Of a stretch of DNA of 64,000 nt, positions 23,601-38,600 are shown one piece after another. Position 1 is the first letter of the stretch, and each line of letters begins with the position of its first letter. A program made the translations under genes and the position numbers. The notes beneath the pieces are model-generated. The model was given only the letters and a program-made list of their open reading frames with translations, was not told the DNA's origin and did no database searches. Source of the stretch: Eledone cirrhosa (Eukaryota); the NCBI GenBank assembly GCA_964016885.1, contig OZ024742.1, positions 342,116,001 to 342,180,000 of the forward strand, written 5' to 3'.

Positions 23601-26600
23601 AAGTATGTGATCTACAGTGGTATGAAGTATGTGATCTCCAGTGGTATGAAGTATGTGATCTCCAGTGGTATGAAGTATGTGATCTCCAGTGGTATGAAGT
23701 ATGTGATATCCTGTGGTATGAAGTATGTGATATCCTGTGGTATGAAGTATGTGATCTCCTGTGGTATGAAGTATGTGATCTACAGTGATATGAAGTATGT
23801 GATCTCCTGTGGTATGAAGTATGTGATCTCCTGTGGTATGAAGTATGTGATCTCCAGTGGTATCAAGTATGTGATATCCTGTGGTATGAAGTATGTGATC
23901 TCCAGTGGTGTGAAGTATGTGATATCCTGTGGTATGAAGTATGTGATCTACAGTGGTATGGAGTATGTGATCTCCAGTGGTATCAAGTATGTGATATCCT
24001 GTGGTATCAAGTATGTGATCTCCAGTGGTGTGAAGTATGTGATATCCTGTGGTATGAAGTATGTGATCTACAGTGGTATGGAGTATGTGATCTCCAGTGG
24101 TATGAAGTATGTGATCTCCAGTGGTATGAAGTATGTGATCTCCAGTGGTATGAAGTATGTGATCTCCAGTGGTATGAAGTATGTGTTCTACAGTGGTATG
24201 AAGTATGTGATCTCCTGTGGTATGAAGTATGTGATCTCCAGTGGTATGAAGTATGTGTTCTACAGTGGTATGAAGTATGTGATATCCTGTGGTATGAAGT
24301 ATGTGATCTCCAGTGGTATGAAGTATGTGATATCCTGTGGTATGAAGTATGTGATATCTTGTGGTATGAAGTATGTGATCTACAGTGGTATGAAATATGT
24401 GATCTACAGTGGTATGAAGTATGTGATCTCCAGTGGTATGAAGTATGTGATCTCCTGTGGTATGAAGTATGTGATCTCCAGTGGTATGAAGTATGTGATC
24501 TACAGTGGTATGAAGTATGTCAGCTCCAGTGGTATGAAGTATGTGATCTACAGTGGTATGAAGTATGTGATCTAGAGTGGTATGAAGTATGTGATCTACA
24601 GTGGTATGAAGTATGTGATCTACAGTGGTATGAAGTATGTGATCTACAGTGGTATGAAGTATGGGATCTCCAGTGGTATGAAGTATGTGATCTCCAGTGG
24701 TGTGAAGTATGTGATATCCTGTGGTATGAAGTATGTGATCTACAGTGGTATGAAGTATGTGATCTACAGTGGTATGAACTATGTGATCTACAGTGGTATG
24801 ATGTATGTGATCTACAGTGGTATGAAGTATGTGATATCCAGTGGTATGAAGTATGTGATATCCTGTGGTATGAAGTATGTGATCTACAGTGGTATGAAGT
24901 ATGTGATCTCCAGTGGTATGAAGTATGTGATCTCCAGTGGTATGAAGTATGTGATCTACAGTGGGATGAAGTATGTGATCTACAGTGGTATGACGTATGT
25001 GATATCCTGTGGTATGAAGTATGTGATCTCCAGTGGTATGAAGTATGTGATCTATAGTAGTATGAAGTATGTGATCTCCTGTGGTATGAAGTATGTGATA
25101 TCCTGTGGTATGAAGTATGTGATATCCTGTGGTATGAAGTATGTGATCTCCTGTGGTATGAAGTATGTGATCTCCAGTGGTATGAAGTATGCGATATCCT
25201 GTGGTATGAAGTATGTGATCTACAGTGGTATGAAGTATGTGATCTCCAGTGGTATGAAGTATGTGATATCCTGTGGTATGAAGTATGTGATCTACAGTGG
25301 TATGAAGTATGTGATCTCCAGTGGTATGAAGTATGTGATCTCCAGTGGTATGAAGTATGTGATCAACAGTGGTATGAAGTATGTGATCTACAGTGGTATG
25401 AAGTATGTGATATCCTGTGGTATGAAGTATGTGATCTCCAGTGGTATGAAGTATGTGATCTACAGTGGTATGAAGTATGTGATCTCCTGTGGTATGAAGT
25501 ATGTGATCTCCTGTGGTATGAAGTATGTGATATCCTGTGGTATGAAGTATGTGATCTCCAGTGGTATGAAGTATGTGATATCCTGTGGTACGAAGTATGT
25601 GATATCCTGTGGTATGAAGTATGTGATCTCCAGTGGTATGAAGTATGTGATATCCTGTGTTATGAAGTATGTGATATCCTGTGGTATGAAGTATGTGATA
25701 TCCTGTGGTATGAAGTATGTGATCTACAGTGGTATGAAGTAGGTGATCTCCAGTGGTATGAAGTATGTGATATCCTGTGGTATGAAGTATGTGATATCCT
25801 GTGGTATGAAGTATGTGATATCCTGTGGTATGAACTATGTGATCTACAGTGGTATGAAGTATGTGATCTACAGTGGTATGAAGTATGTGATATCCTGTCG
25901 TATGAAGTATGTGATCTCCAGTGGTATGAAGTATGTGATATCCTGTGGTATGAAGTATGTGATATCCTGTGGTATGAAGTATGTGATCTACAGTGGTATG
26001 AAGTATGTGATCTCCAGTGGTATGAAGTATGTGATCTACAGTGGTATGAAGTATGTGATCTACAGTGGTATGAAGTATGTGATCTACAGTGGTATGAAGT
26101 ATGTGATATCCTGTGGTATGAAGTATGTGATCTACAGTGGTATGAAGTATGTGATCTACAGTGGTATGAAGTATGTGATATCCTGTGGTATGAAGTATGT
26201 GATATCCTGTGGTATGAAGTATGTGATATCCTGTGGTATGAAGTATGTGATATCCTGTGGTATGAAGTATGTGATCTCCAGTGGTATGATGTATGTGATA
26301 TCCAGTGGTATGAAGTATGTGATCTACAGTGGTATGAAGTATGTGATCTACAGTGGTATGAAGTATGTGATATCCTGTGGTATGAAGTATGTGATCTCCA
26401 GTGGTATGAAGTATGTGATCTCCAGTGGTATGAAGTATGTGATATTCTGTGGTATGAAGTATGTGATATCCTGTGGTATGAAGTATGTGATCTACAGTGG
26501 TATGAAGTATGTGATCTACAGTGGTATGAAGTATGTGATATCCTGTGGTATGAAGTATGTGATATCCTGTGGTATGAAGTATGTGATCTACAGTGGTATG

Positions 26601-29600
26601 AAGTATGTGATATCCTGTGGTATGAAGTATGTGATATCCTGTGGTATGAAGTATGTGATATCCTGTGGTATGAAGTATGTGATATCCTGTGGTATGAAGT
26701 ATGTGATCTCCAGTGGTATGATGTATGTGATATCCAGTGGTATGAAGTATGTGATCTACAGTGGTATGAAGTATGTGATCTACAGTGGTATGAAGTATGT
26801 GATATCCTGTGGTATGAAGTATGTGATCTCCAGTGGTATGAAGTATGTGATATCCTGTGGTATGAAGTATGTGATATCCTGTGGTATGAAGTATGTGATC
26901 TACAGTGGTATGAAGTATGTGATCTCCAGTGGTATGAAGTATGTGATCTACAGTGGTGTGAAGTATGTGATCTACAGTGGTATGAAGTATGTGATCTACA
27001 GTGGTATGAAGTATGTGATCTACAGTGGTATGAAGTATGTGATCTACAGTGGTATGAAGTATGTGACATCCTGTGGTATGAAGTATGTGATCTCCAGTGG
27101 TATGAAGTATGTGATATCCTGTGGTATGAAGTATGTGATATCCTGTGGTATGAAGTATGTGATCTACAGTGGTATAAAGTATGTGATCTACAGTGGTATG
27201 AAGTATGTGATATCCTGTGGTATGAAGTATGTGATATCCTGTGGTATGAAGTATGGATCTCCAGTGGTATGAAGTATGTGATATCCTGTGGTATGAAGTA
27301 TGTGATCTCCAGTGGTATGAAGTATGTGATATCCAGTGGGATGAAGTATGTGATCTACAGTGGTATGAAGTATGTGATCTACAGTGGTATGAAGTATGTG
27401 ATCTCCAGTGGTATGAAGTATGTGATCTACAGTGGTATGAAGTATGTGATCTACAGTGGTATGAAATATGTGAACTACAGTGGTATGAAGTATGTTATCT
27501 ACAGTGGTATGAAGTATGTGATCTCCAGTGGTATGAAGTATGTGATCTACAGTGGTATGAAGTATGTCATCTATAGTGGTATGAAGTATGTGATATCCTG
27601 TGGTATGAAGTATGTGATCTACAGTGGTATGAAGTATGTGATCTCCAGTGGTATAAAGTATGTGATCTACAGTGGTACGAAGTATGTGATCTACAGTGGT
27701 ATAAAGTATGTGATCTACAGTGGTATGAAGTATGTGATCTACAGTGGTATGAAGTATGTGATCTCCAGTGGTATGAAGTATGTGATCTCCAGTGGTATGA
27801 AGTATGTGATCTCCAGTGGTATGAAGTATGTGATCTCCAGTGGTATGAAGTATGTGATCTCCAGTATTATGAAGTATGTGATATCCTGTGATATGAAGTA
27901 TGTGATCTCCAGTGGTATGAAGTATGTGATCTACAGTGGTATGAAGTATGTGATCTCCAGTGGTATGAAGTATGTGATCTCCAGTGGTATGAAGTATGTG
28001 ATCTCCAGTGGTATGAAGTATGTGATATCCTGTGGTATGAAGTATGTGATCTCCAGTGGTATGAAGTATGTGGTCTACAGTGGTATGAAGTATGTCAGCT
28101 CCAGTGGTATGAAGTATGTGATCTACAGTGGTATGAACTATGTGATCTCCAGTGGTATGAAGTATGTGATCTCCAGTAGTATGAAGTATGTGATATCCTG
28201 TGGTATGAAGTATGTGATCTACAGTGGTATGAAGTATGTGATCTCCAGTGGTATGAAGTATGTGATATCCTGTGGTATGAAGTATATGATCTCCAGTGGT
28301 ATGAAGTATGTGATCTCCAGTGGTATGAAGTATGTGATATCCTGTGGTACGAAGTATGTGATATCCTGTGGTATGAAGTATGTGATCTCCAGTGGTATGA
28401 AGTATGTGATATCCTGTGGTATGAAGTATGTGATATCCTGTGGTATGAAGTATGTGAGCTACAGTGGTATGAAGTAGGTGATCTCCAGTGGTATGAAGTA
28501 TGTGATATCCTGTGGTATGAAGTATGTGATATCCTGTGGTATGAAGTATGTGATATCCTGTGGTATGAACTATGTGATCTACAGTGGTATGAAGTATGTG
28601 ATCTACAGTGGTATGAAGTATGTGATATCCTGTCGTATGAAGTATGTGATCTCCAGTGGTATGAAGTATGTGATATCCTTTGGTATGAAGTATGTGATAT
28701 CCTGTGGTATGAAGTATGTGATCTACAGTGGTATGAAGTATGCGATCTCCAGTGGTATGAAGTATGTGATATCCTGTGGTATGAAGTATGTGATCTCCAG
28801 TGGTATGAAGTATGTGATCTCCAGTGGTATGAAGTATGTGATATCCTGTGGTATGAAGTATGTGATATCCTGTGGTATGAAGTATGTGATCGCCTGTGGT
28901 ATGAAGTATGTGATCTACAGTGGTATGAAGTATGTGATCTCCAGTGGTATGAAGTATGTGATCTCCAGTGGTATGAAGTATGTGATCTCCAGTGGTATGA
29001 AGTATGTGATATCCTGTGGTATGAAGTATGTGATATCCTGTGGTATGAAGTATGTGATCTCCTGTGGTATGAAGTATGTGATCTACAGTGATATGAAGTA
29101 TGTGATCTCCTGTGGTATGAAGTATGTGATCTCCTGTGGTATGAAGTATGTGATCTCCAGTGGTATGAAGTATGTGATATCCTGTGGTATGAAGTATGTG
29201 ATCTACAGTGGTATGAAGTATGTGATCTCCAGTGGTGTGAAGTATGTGATATCCTGTGGTATGAAGTATGTGATCTACAGTGGTATGGAGTATGTGATCT
29301 CCAGTGGTATGAAGTATGTGATCTCCAGTGGTATGAAGTATGTGATCTCCAGTGGTATGAAGTATGTGATCTCCAGTGGTATGAAGTATGTGTTCTACAG
29401 TGGTATGAAGTATGTGATCTCCTGTGGTATGAAGTATGTGATATCCTGTGGTATGAAGTATGTGATATCCTGTGGTATGAAGTATGTGATCTCCAGTGGT
29501 ATGAAGTATGTGATATCCTGTGGTATGAAGTATGTGATATCTTGTGGTATGAAGTATGTGATCTACAGTGGTATGAAATATGTGATCTACAGTGGTATGA

Positions 29601-32600
29601 AGTATGTGATCTCCAGTGGTATGAAGTATGTGATCTCCTGTGGTATGAAGTATGTGATCTCCAGTGGTATGAAGTATGTGATCTACAGTGGTATGAAGTA
29701 TGTCAGCTCCAGTGGTATGAAGTATGTGATCTACAGTGGTATGAAGTATGTGATCTAGAGTGGTATGAAGTATGTGATCTACAGTGGTATGAAGTATGTG
29801 ATCTACAGTGGTATGAAGTATGTGATCTACAGTGGTATGAAGTATGTGATCTCCAGTGGTATGAAGTACGTGATCTCCAGTGGTGTGAAGTATGTGATAT
29901 CCTGTGGTATGAAGTATGTGATCTACAGTGGTATGAAGTATGTGATCTACAGTGGTATGAACTATGTGATCTACAGTGGTATGGTGTATGTGATCTACAG
30001 TGGTATGAAGTATGTGATATCCAGTGGTATGAAGTATGTGATATCCTGTGGTATGAAGTATGTGATCTACAGTGGTATGAAGTATGTGATCTCCAGTGGT
30101 ATGAAGTATGTGATCTCCAGTGGTATGAAGTATGTGATCTACAGTGGGATGAAGTATGTGATCTACAGTGGTATGAAGTATGTGATATCCTGTGGTATGA
30201 AGTATGTGATCTCCAGTGGTATGAAGTATGTGATCTATAGTAGTATGAAGTATGTGATCTCCTGTGGTATGAAGTATGTGATATCCTGTGGTATGAAGTA
30301 TGTGATATCCTGTGGTATGAAGTATGTGATCTCCTGTGTTATGAAGTATGTGATCTCCAGTGGTATGAAGTATGTGATATCCTGTGGTATGAAGTATGTG
30401 ATCTACAGTGGTATGAAGTATGTGATCTCCAGTGGTATGAAGTATGTGATATCCTGTGGTATGAAGTATGTGATCTACAGTGGTATGAATTATGTGATCT
30501 CCAGTGGTATGAAGTATGTGATCTCCAGTGGTATGAAGTATGTGATCAACAGTGGTATGAAGTATGTGATCTACAGTGGTATGAAGTATGTGATATCATG
30601 TGGTATGAAGTATGTGATCTCCAGTGGTATGAAGTATGTGATCTACAGTGGTATGAAGTATGTGATCTCCTGTGGTATGAAGTATGTGATCTCCTGTGGT
30701 ATGAAGTATGTGATATCCTGTGGTATGAAGTATGTGATCTCCAGTGGTATGAAGTATGTGATCTCCAGTGGTATGAAGTATGTGATATCCTGTGGTACGA
30801 AGTATGTGATATCCTGTGGTATGAAGTATGTGATCTCCAGTGGTATGAAGTATGTGATATCCTGTGGTATGAAGTATGTGATATCCTGTGGTATGAAGTA
30901 TGTGATATCCTGTGGTATGAAGTATGTGATCTACAGTGGTATGAAGTAGGTGATCTCCAGTGGTATGAAGTATGTGATATCCTGTGGTATGAAGTATGTG
31001 ATATCCTGTGGTATGAAGTATGTGATATCCTGTGGTATGAACTATGTGATCTACAGTGGTATGAAGTATGTGATCTACAGTGGTATGAAGTATGTGATAT
31101 CCTGTCGTATGAAGTATGTGATCTACAGTGGTATGAAGTATGTGATATCCTGTGGTATGAAGTATGTGATATCCTGTGGTATGAAGTATGTGATCTACAG
31201 TCGTATGAAGTATGTGACCTCCGGTGGTATGAAGTATGTGATCTACAGTGGTATGAAGTATGTGATCTACAGTGGTATGAAGTATGTGATCTACAGTGGT
31301 ATGAAGTATGTGATATCCTGTGGTATGAAGTATGTGATCTACAGTGGTATGAAGTATGTGATCTACAGTGGTATGAAGTATGTGATATCCTGTGGTATGA
31401 AGTATGTGATCTCCAGTGGTATGAAGTATGTGATATTCTGTGGTATGAAGTATGTGATATCCTGTGGTATGAAGTATGTGATCTACAGTGGTATGAAGTA
31501 TGTGATCTACAGTGGTATGAAGTATGTGATATCCTGTGGTATGAAGTATGTGATATCCTGTGGTATGAAGTATGTGATCTCCAGTGGTATGAAGTATGTG
31601 ATAACCAGTGGTATGAATTATGTGATCTACAGTGGTATGAAGTATGTGATCTACAGTGGTATGAAGTATGTGATATCCTGTGGTATGAAGTATGTGATCT
31701 ACAGTGGTATGAAGTATGTGATCTACAGTGGTATGAAGTATGTTATCTCCTGTGGTATGAAGTATGTGATCTACAGTGGTATGAAGTATGTGATCTACAG
31801 TGGTATGAAGTATGTGATCTCCAGTGGTATGAAGTATGTGATCTACAGTGGTATGAAGTATGTGATCTACAGTGGTATGAAGTATGTGATATCCTGTGGT
31901 ATGATGTATGTGATATCCTGTGGTATGAAGTATGTGATATCCTGTGGTATGAAGTATGTGATATCCTGTGGTATGAAGTATGTGATCTCCTGTGGTATGA
32001 TGTATGTGATATCCAGTGGTATGAAGTATGTGATCTACAGTGGTATGAAGTATGTGATCTACAGTGGTATGAAGTATGTGATATCCTGTGTTATGAAGTA
32101 TGTGATCTCCAGTGGTATGAAGTATGTGATATCCTGTGGTATGAAGTATGTGATATCCTGTGGTATGAAGTATGTGATCTACAGTGGTATGAAGTATGTG
32201 ATCTCCAGTGGTATGAAGTATGTGATCTACAGTGGTATGAAGTATGTGATATCCTGTGGTATGAAGTATGTGATCTACAGTGGTATGAAGTATGTGATCT
32301 ACAGTGGTATGAAGTATGTGATATCCTGTGGTATGAAGTATGTGATATCCTGTGGTATGAAGTATGTGATCTCCAGTGGTATGAAGTATGTGATATCCTG
32401 TGGTATGAAGTATGTGATCTCCAGTGGTATGAAGTATGTGATATCCAGTGGGATGAAGTATGTGATCTACAGTGGTATGAAGTATGTGATCTACAGTGGT
32501 ATGAAGTATGTGATCTCCAGTGGTATGAAGTATGTGATCTACAGTGGTATGAAGTATGTGATCTACAGTGGTATGAAATATGTGAACTACAGTGGTATGA

Positions 32601-35600
32601 AGTATGTTATCTACAGTGGTATGAAGTATGTGATCTCCAGTGGTATGAAGTATGTGATCTACAGTGGTATGAAGTATGTCATCTACAGTGGTATGAAGTA
32701 TGTGATATCCTGTGGTATGAAGTATGTGATCTACAGTGGTATGAAGTATGTGATCTCCAGTGGTATGAAGTATGTGATCTACAGTGGTATGAAGTATGTG
32801 ATCTACAGTGGTATAAAGTATGTGATCTACAGTGGTATGAAGTATGTGATCTACAGTGGTATGAAGTATGTGATCTACAGTTGTATGAAGTATGTGATCT
32901 CCAGTGGTATGAAGTATGTGATCTCCAGTGGTATGAAGTATGTGATCTCCAGTGGTATGAAGTATGTGGTCTACAGTGGTATGAAGTATGTCAGCTCCAG
33001 TGGTATGAAGTATGTGATCTACAGTGGTATGAACTATGTGATCTCCAGTGGTATGAAGTATGTGATCTCCAGTAGTATGAAGTATGTGATATCCTGTGGT
33101 ATGAAGTATGTGATCTACAGTGGTATGAAGTATGTGATCTCCAGTGGTATGAAGTATGTGATATCCTGTGGTATGAAGTATATGATCTCCAGTGGTATGA
33201 AGTATGTGATCTCCAGTGGTATGAAGTATGTGATATCCTGTGGTACGAAGTATGTGATATCCTGTGGAATGAAGTATGTGATCTCCAGTGGTATGAAGTA
33301 TGTGATATCCTGTGGTATGAAGTATGTGATATCCTGTGGTATGAAGTATGTGAGCTACAGTGGTATGAAGTAGGTGATCTCCAGTGGTATGAAGTATGTG
33401 ATATCCTGTGGTATGAAGTATGTGATATCCTGTGGTATGAAGTATGTGATATCCTGTGGTATGAATTATGTGATCTACAGTGGTATGAAGTATGTGATCT
33501 ACAGTGGTATGAAGTATGTGATATCCTGTCGTATGAAGTATGTGATCTCCAGTGGTATGAAGTATGTGATATCCTGTGGTATGAAGTATGTGATATCCTG
33601 TGGTATGAAGTATGTGATCTACAGTGGTATGAAGTATGCGATCTCCAGTGGTATGAAGTATGTGATATCCTGTGGTATGAAGTATGTGATCTCCAGTGGT
33701 ATGAAGTATGTGATCTCCAGTGGTATGAAGTATGTGATATCCTGTGGTATGAAGTATGTGATATCCTGTGGTATGAAGTATGTGATCGCCTGTGGTATGA
33801 AGTATGTGATCTCCAGTGGTATGAAGTATGTGATCTCCAGTGGTATGAAGTATGTGATCTCCAGTGGTATGAAGTATGTGATCTCCAGTGGTATGAAGTA
33901 TGTGATATCCTGTGGTATGAAGTATGTGATATCCTGTGGTATGAAGCATGTGATCTCCTGTGGTATGAAGTATGTGATCTACAGTGGTATGAAGTATGTG
34001 ATCTCCAGTGGTATGAAGTATGTGATCTACAGTGGTATGAAGTATGTGATCTACAGTGGTATGAAATATGTGAACTACAGTGGTATGAAGTATGTTATCT
34101 ACAGTGGTATGAAGTATGTGATCTCCAGTGGTATGAAGTATGTGATCTACAGTGGTATGAAGTATGTCATCTACAGTGGTATGAAGTATGTGATATCCTG
34201 TGGTATGAAGTATGTGATCTACAGTGGTATGAAGTATGTGATCTCCAGTGGTATGAAGTATGTGATCTACAGTGGTATGAAGTATGTGATCTACAGTGGT
34301 ATAAAGTATGTGATCTACAGTGGTATGAAGTATGTGATCTACAGTGGTATGAAGTATGTGATCTACAGTGGTATGAAGTATGTGATCTCCAGTGGTATGA
34401 AGTATGTGATCTACAGTGGTATGAAGTATGTGATCTACAGTGGTATGAAATATGTGAACTACAGTGGTATGAAGTATGTTATCTACAGTGGTATGAAGTA
34501 TGTGATCTCCAGTGGTATGAAGTATGTGATCTACAGTGGTATGAAGTATGTCATCTACAGTGGTATGAAGTATGTGATATCCTGTGGTATGAAGTATGTG
34601 ATCTACAGTGGTATGAAGTATGTGATCTCCAGTGGTATGAAGTATGTGATCTACAGTGGTATGAAGTATGTGATCTACAGTGGTATAAAGTATGTGATCT
34701 ACAGTGGTATGAAGTATGTGATCTACAGTGGTATGAAGTATGTGATCTACAGTTGTATGAAGTATGTGATCTCCAGTGGTATGAAGTATGTGATCTCCAG
34801 TGGTATGAAGTATGTGATCTCCAGTGGTATGAAGTATGTGGTCTACAGTGGTATGAAGTATGTCAGCTCCAGTGGTATGAAGTATGTGATCTACAGTGGT
34901 ATGAACTATGTGATCTCCAGTGGTATGAAGTATGTGATCTCCAGTAGTATGAAGTATGTGATATCCTGTGGTATGAAGTATGTGATCTACAGTGGTATGA
35001 AGTATGTGATCTCCAGTGGTATGAAGTATGTGATATCCTGTGGTATGAAGTATATGATCTCCAGTGGTATGAAGTATGTGATCTCCAGTGGTATGAAGTA
35101 TGTGATATCCTGTGGTACGAAGTATGTGATATCCTGTGGAATGAAGTATGTGATCTCCAGTGGTATGAAGTATGTGATATCCTGTGGTATGAAGTATGTG
35201 ATATCCTGTGGTATGAAGTATGTGAGCTACAGTGGTATGAAGTAGGTGATCTCCAGTGGTATGAAGTATGTGATATCCTGTGGTATGAAGTATGTGATAT
35301 CCTGTGGTATGAAGTATGTGATATCCTGTGGTATGAATTATGTGATCTACAGTGGTATGAAGTATGTGATCTACAGTGGTATGAAGTATGTGATATCCTG
35401 TCGTATGAAGTATGTGATCTCCAGTGGTATGAAGTATGTGATATCCTGTGGTATGAAGTATGTGATATCCTGTGGTATGAAGTATGTGATCTACAGTGGT
35501 ATGAAGTATGCGATCTCCAGTGGTATGAAGTATGTGATATCCTGTGGTATGAAGTATGTGATCTCCAGTGGTATGAAGTATGTGATCTCCAGTGGTATGA

Positions 35601-38600
35601 AGTATGTGATATCCTGTGGTATGAAGTATGTGATATCCTGTGGTATGAAGTATGTGATCGCCTGTGGTATGAAGTATGTGATCTCCAGTGGTATGAAGTA
35701 TGTGATCTCCAGTGGTATGAAGTATGTGATCTCCAGTGGTATGAAGTATGTGATCTCCAGTGGTATGAAGTATGTGATATCCTGTGGTATGAAGTATGTG
35801 ATATCCTGTGGTATGAAGTATGTGATCTCCTGTGGTATGAAGTATGTGATCTACAGTGGTATGAAGTATGTGATCTCCAGTGGTATGAAGTATGTGATCT
35901 ACAGTGGTATGAAGTATGTGATCTACAGTGGTATGAAATATGTGAACTACAGTGGTATGAAGTATGTTATCTACAGTGGTATGAAGTATGTGATCTCCAC
36001 TGGTATGAAGTATGTGATCTACAGTGGTATGAAGTATGTCATCTACAGTGGTATGAAGTATGTGATATCCTGTGGTATGAAGTATGTGATCTACAGTGGT
36101 ATGAAGTATGTGATCTCCAGTGGTATGAAGTATGTGATCTACAGTGGTATGAAGTATGTGATCTACAGTGGTATAAAGTATGTGATCTACAGTGGTATGA
36201 AGTATGTGATCTACAGTGGTATGAAGTATGTGATCTACAGTTGTATGAAGTATGTGATATCCTGTGGTATGAAGTATGTGATATCTTGTGGTATGAAGTA
36301 TGTGATCTACAGTGGTATGAAATATGTGATCTACAGTGGTATGAAGTATGTGATCTCCAGTGGTATGAAGTATGTGATCTCCTGTGGTATGAAGTATGTG
36401 ATCTCCAGTGGTATGAAGTATGTGATCTACAGTGGTATGAAGTATGTCAGCTCCAGTGGTATGAAGTATGTGATCTACAGTGGTATGAAGTATGTGATCT
36501 AGAGTGGTATGAAGTATGTGATCTACAGTGGTATGAAGTATGTGATCTACAGTGGTATGAAGTATGTGATCTACAGTGGTATGAAGTAAGTGATCTCCAG
36601 TGGTATGAAGTATGTGATCTCCAGTGGTGTGAAGTATGTGATATCCTGTGGTATGAAGTATGTGATCTACAGTGGTATGAAGTATGTGATCTACAGTGGT
36701 ATGAACTATGTGATCTACAGTGGTATGATGTATGTGATCTACAGTGGTATGAAGTATGTGATATCCTGTGGTATGAAGTATGTGATCTACAGTGGTATGA
36801 AGTAGGTGATCTCCAGTGGTATGAAGTATGTGATATCCTGTGGTATGAAGTATGTGATATCCTGTGGTATGAAGTATGTGATATCCTGTGGTATGAACTA
36901 TGTGATCTACAGTGGTATGAAGTATGTGATCTACAGTGGTATGAAGTATGTGATATCCTGTCGTATGAAGTATGTGATCTACAGTGGTATGAAGTATGTG
37001 ATATCCTGTGGTATGAAGTATGTGATATCCTGTGGTATGAAGTATGCGATCTACAGTGGTATGAAGTATGTGACCTCCGGTGGTATGAAGTATGTGATCT
37101 ACAGTGGTATGAAGTATGTGATCTACAGTGGTATGAAGTATGTGATCTACAGTGGTATGAAGTATGTGATATCCTGTGGTATGAAGTATGTGATCTACAG
37201 TGGTATGAAGTATGTGATCTACAGTGGTATGAAGTATGTGATATCCTGTGGTATGAAGTATGTGATCTCCAGTGGTATGAAGTATGTGATATTCTGTGGT
37301 ATGAAGTATGTGATATCCTGTGGTATGAAGTATGTGATCTACAGTGGTATGAAGTATGTGATCTACAGTGGTATGAAGTATGTGATATCCTGTGGTATGA
37401 AGTATGTGATATCCTGTGGTATGAAGTATGTGATCTCCAGTGGTATGAAGTATGTGATAACCAGTGGTATGAATTATGTGATCTACAGTGGTATGAAGTA
37501 TGTGATCTACAGTGGTATGAAGTATGTGATATCCTGTGGTATGAAGTATGTGATCTACAGTGGTATGAAGTATGTGATCTACAGTGGTATGAAGTATGTT
37601 ATCTCCTGTGGTATGAAGTATGTGATCTACAGTGGTATGAAGTATGTGATCTACAGTGGTATGAAGTATGTGATCTCCAGTGGTATGAAGTATGTGATCT
37701 ACAGTGGTATGAAGTATGTGATCTACAGTGGTATGAAGTATGTGATATCCTGTGGTATGAAGTATGTGATATCCTGTGGTATGAAGTATGTGATATCCTG
37801 TGGTATGAAGTATGTGATATCCTGTGGTATGAAGTATGTGATCTCCTGTGGTATGATGTATGTGATATCCAGTGGTATGAAGTATGTGATCTACAGTGGT
37901 ATGAAGTATGTGATCTACAGTGGTATGAAGTATGTGATATCCTGTGTTATGAAGTATGTGATCTCCAGTGGTATGAAGTATGTGATATCCTGTGGTATGA
38001 AGTATGTGATATCCTGTGGTATGAAGTATGTGATCTACAGTGGTATGAAGTATGTGATCTCCAGTGGTATGAAGTATGTGATCTACAGTGGTATGAAGTA
38101 TGTGATATCCTGTGGTATGAAGTATGTGATCTACAGTGGTATGAAGTATGTGATCTACAGTGGTATGAAGTATGTGATATCCTGTGGTATGAAGTATGTG
38201 ATATCCTGTGGTATAAAGTATGTGATCTCCAGTGGTATGAAGTATGTGATATCCTGTGGTATGAAGTATGTGATCTCCAGTGGTATGAAGTATGTGATAT
38301 CCAGTGGGATGAAGTATGTGATCTACAGTGGTATGAAGTATGTGATCTACAGTGGTATGAAGTATGTGATCTCCAGTGGTATGAAGTATGTGATCTACAG
38401 TGGTATGAAGTATGTGATCTACAGTGGTATGAAATATGTGAACTACAGTGGTATGAAGTATGTTATCTACAGTGGTATGAAGTATGTGATCTCCAGTGGT
38501 ATGAAGTATGTGATCTACAGTGGTATGAAGTATGTCATCTACAGTGGTATGAAGTATGTGATATCCTGTGGTATGAAGTATGTGATCTACAGTGGTATGA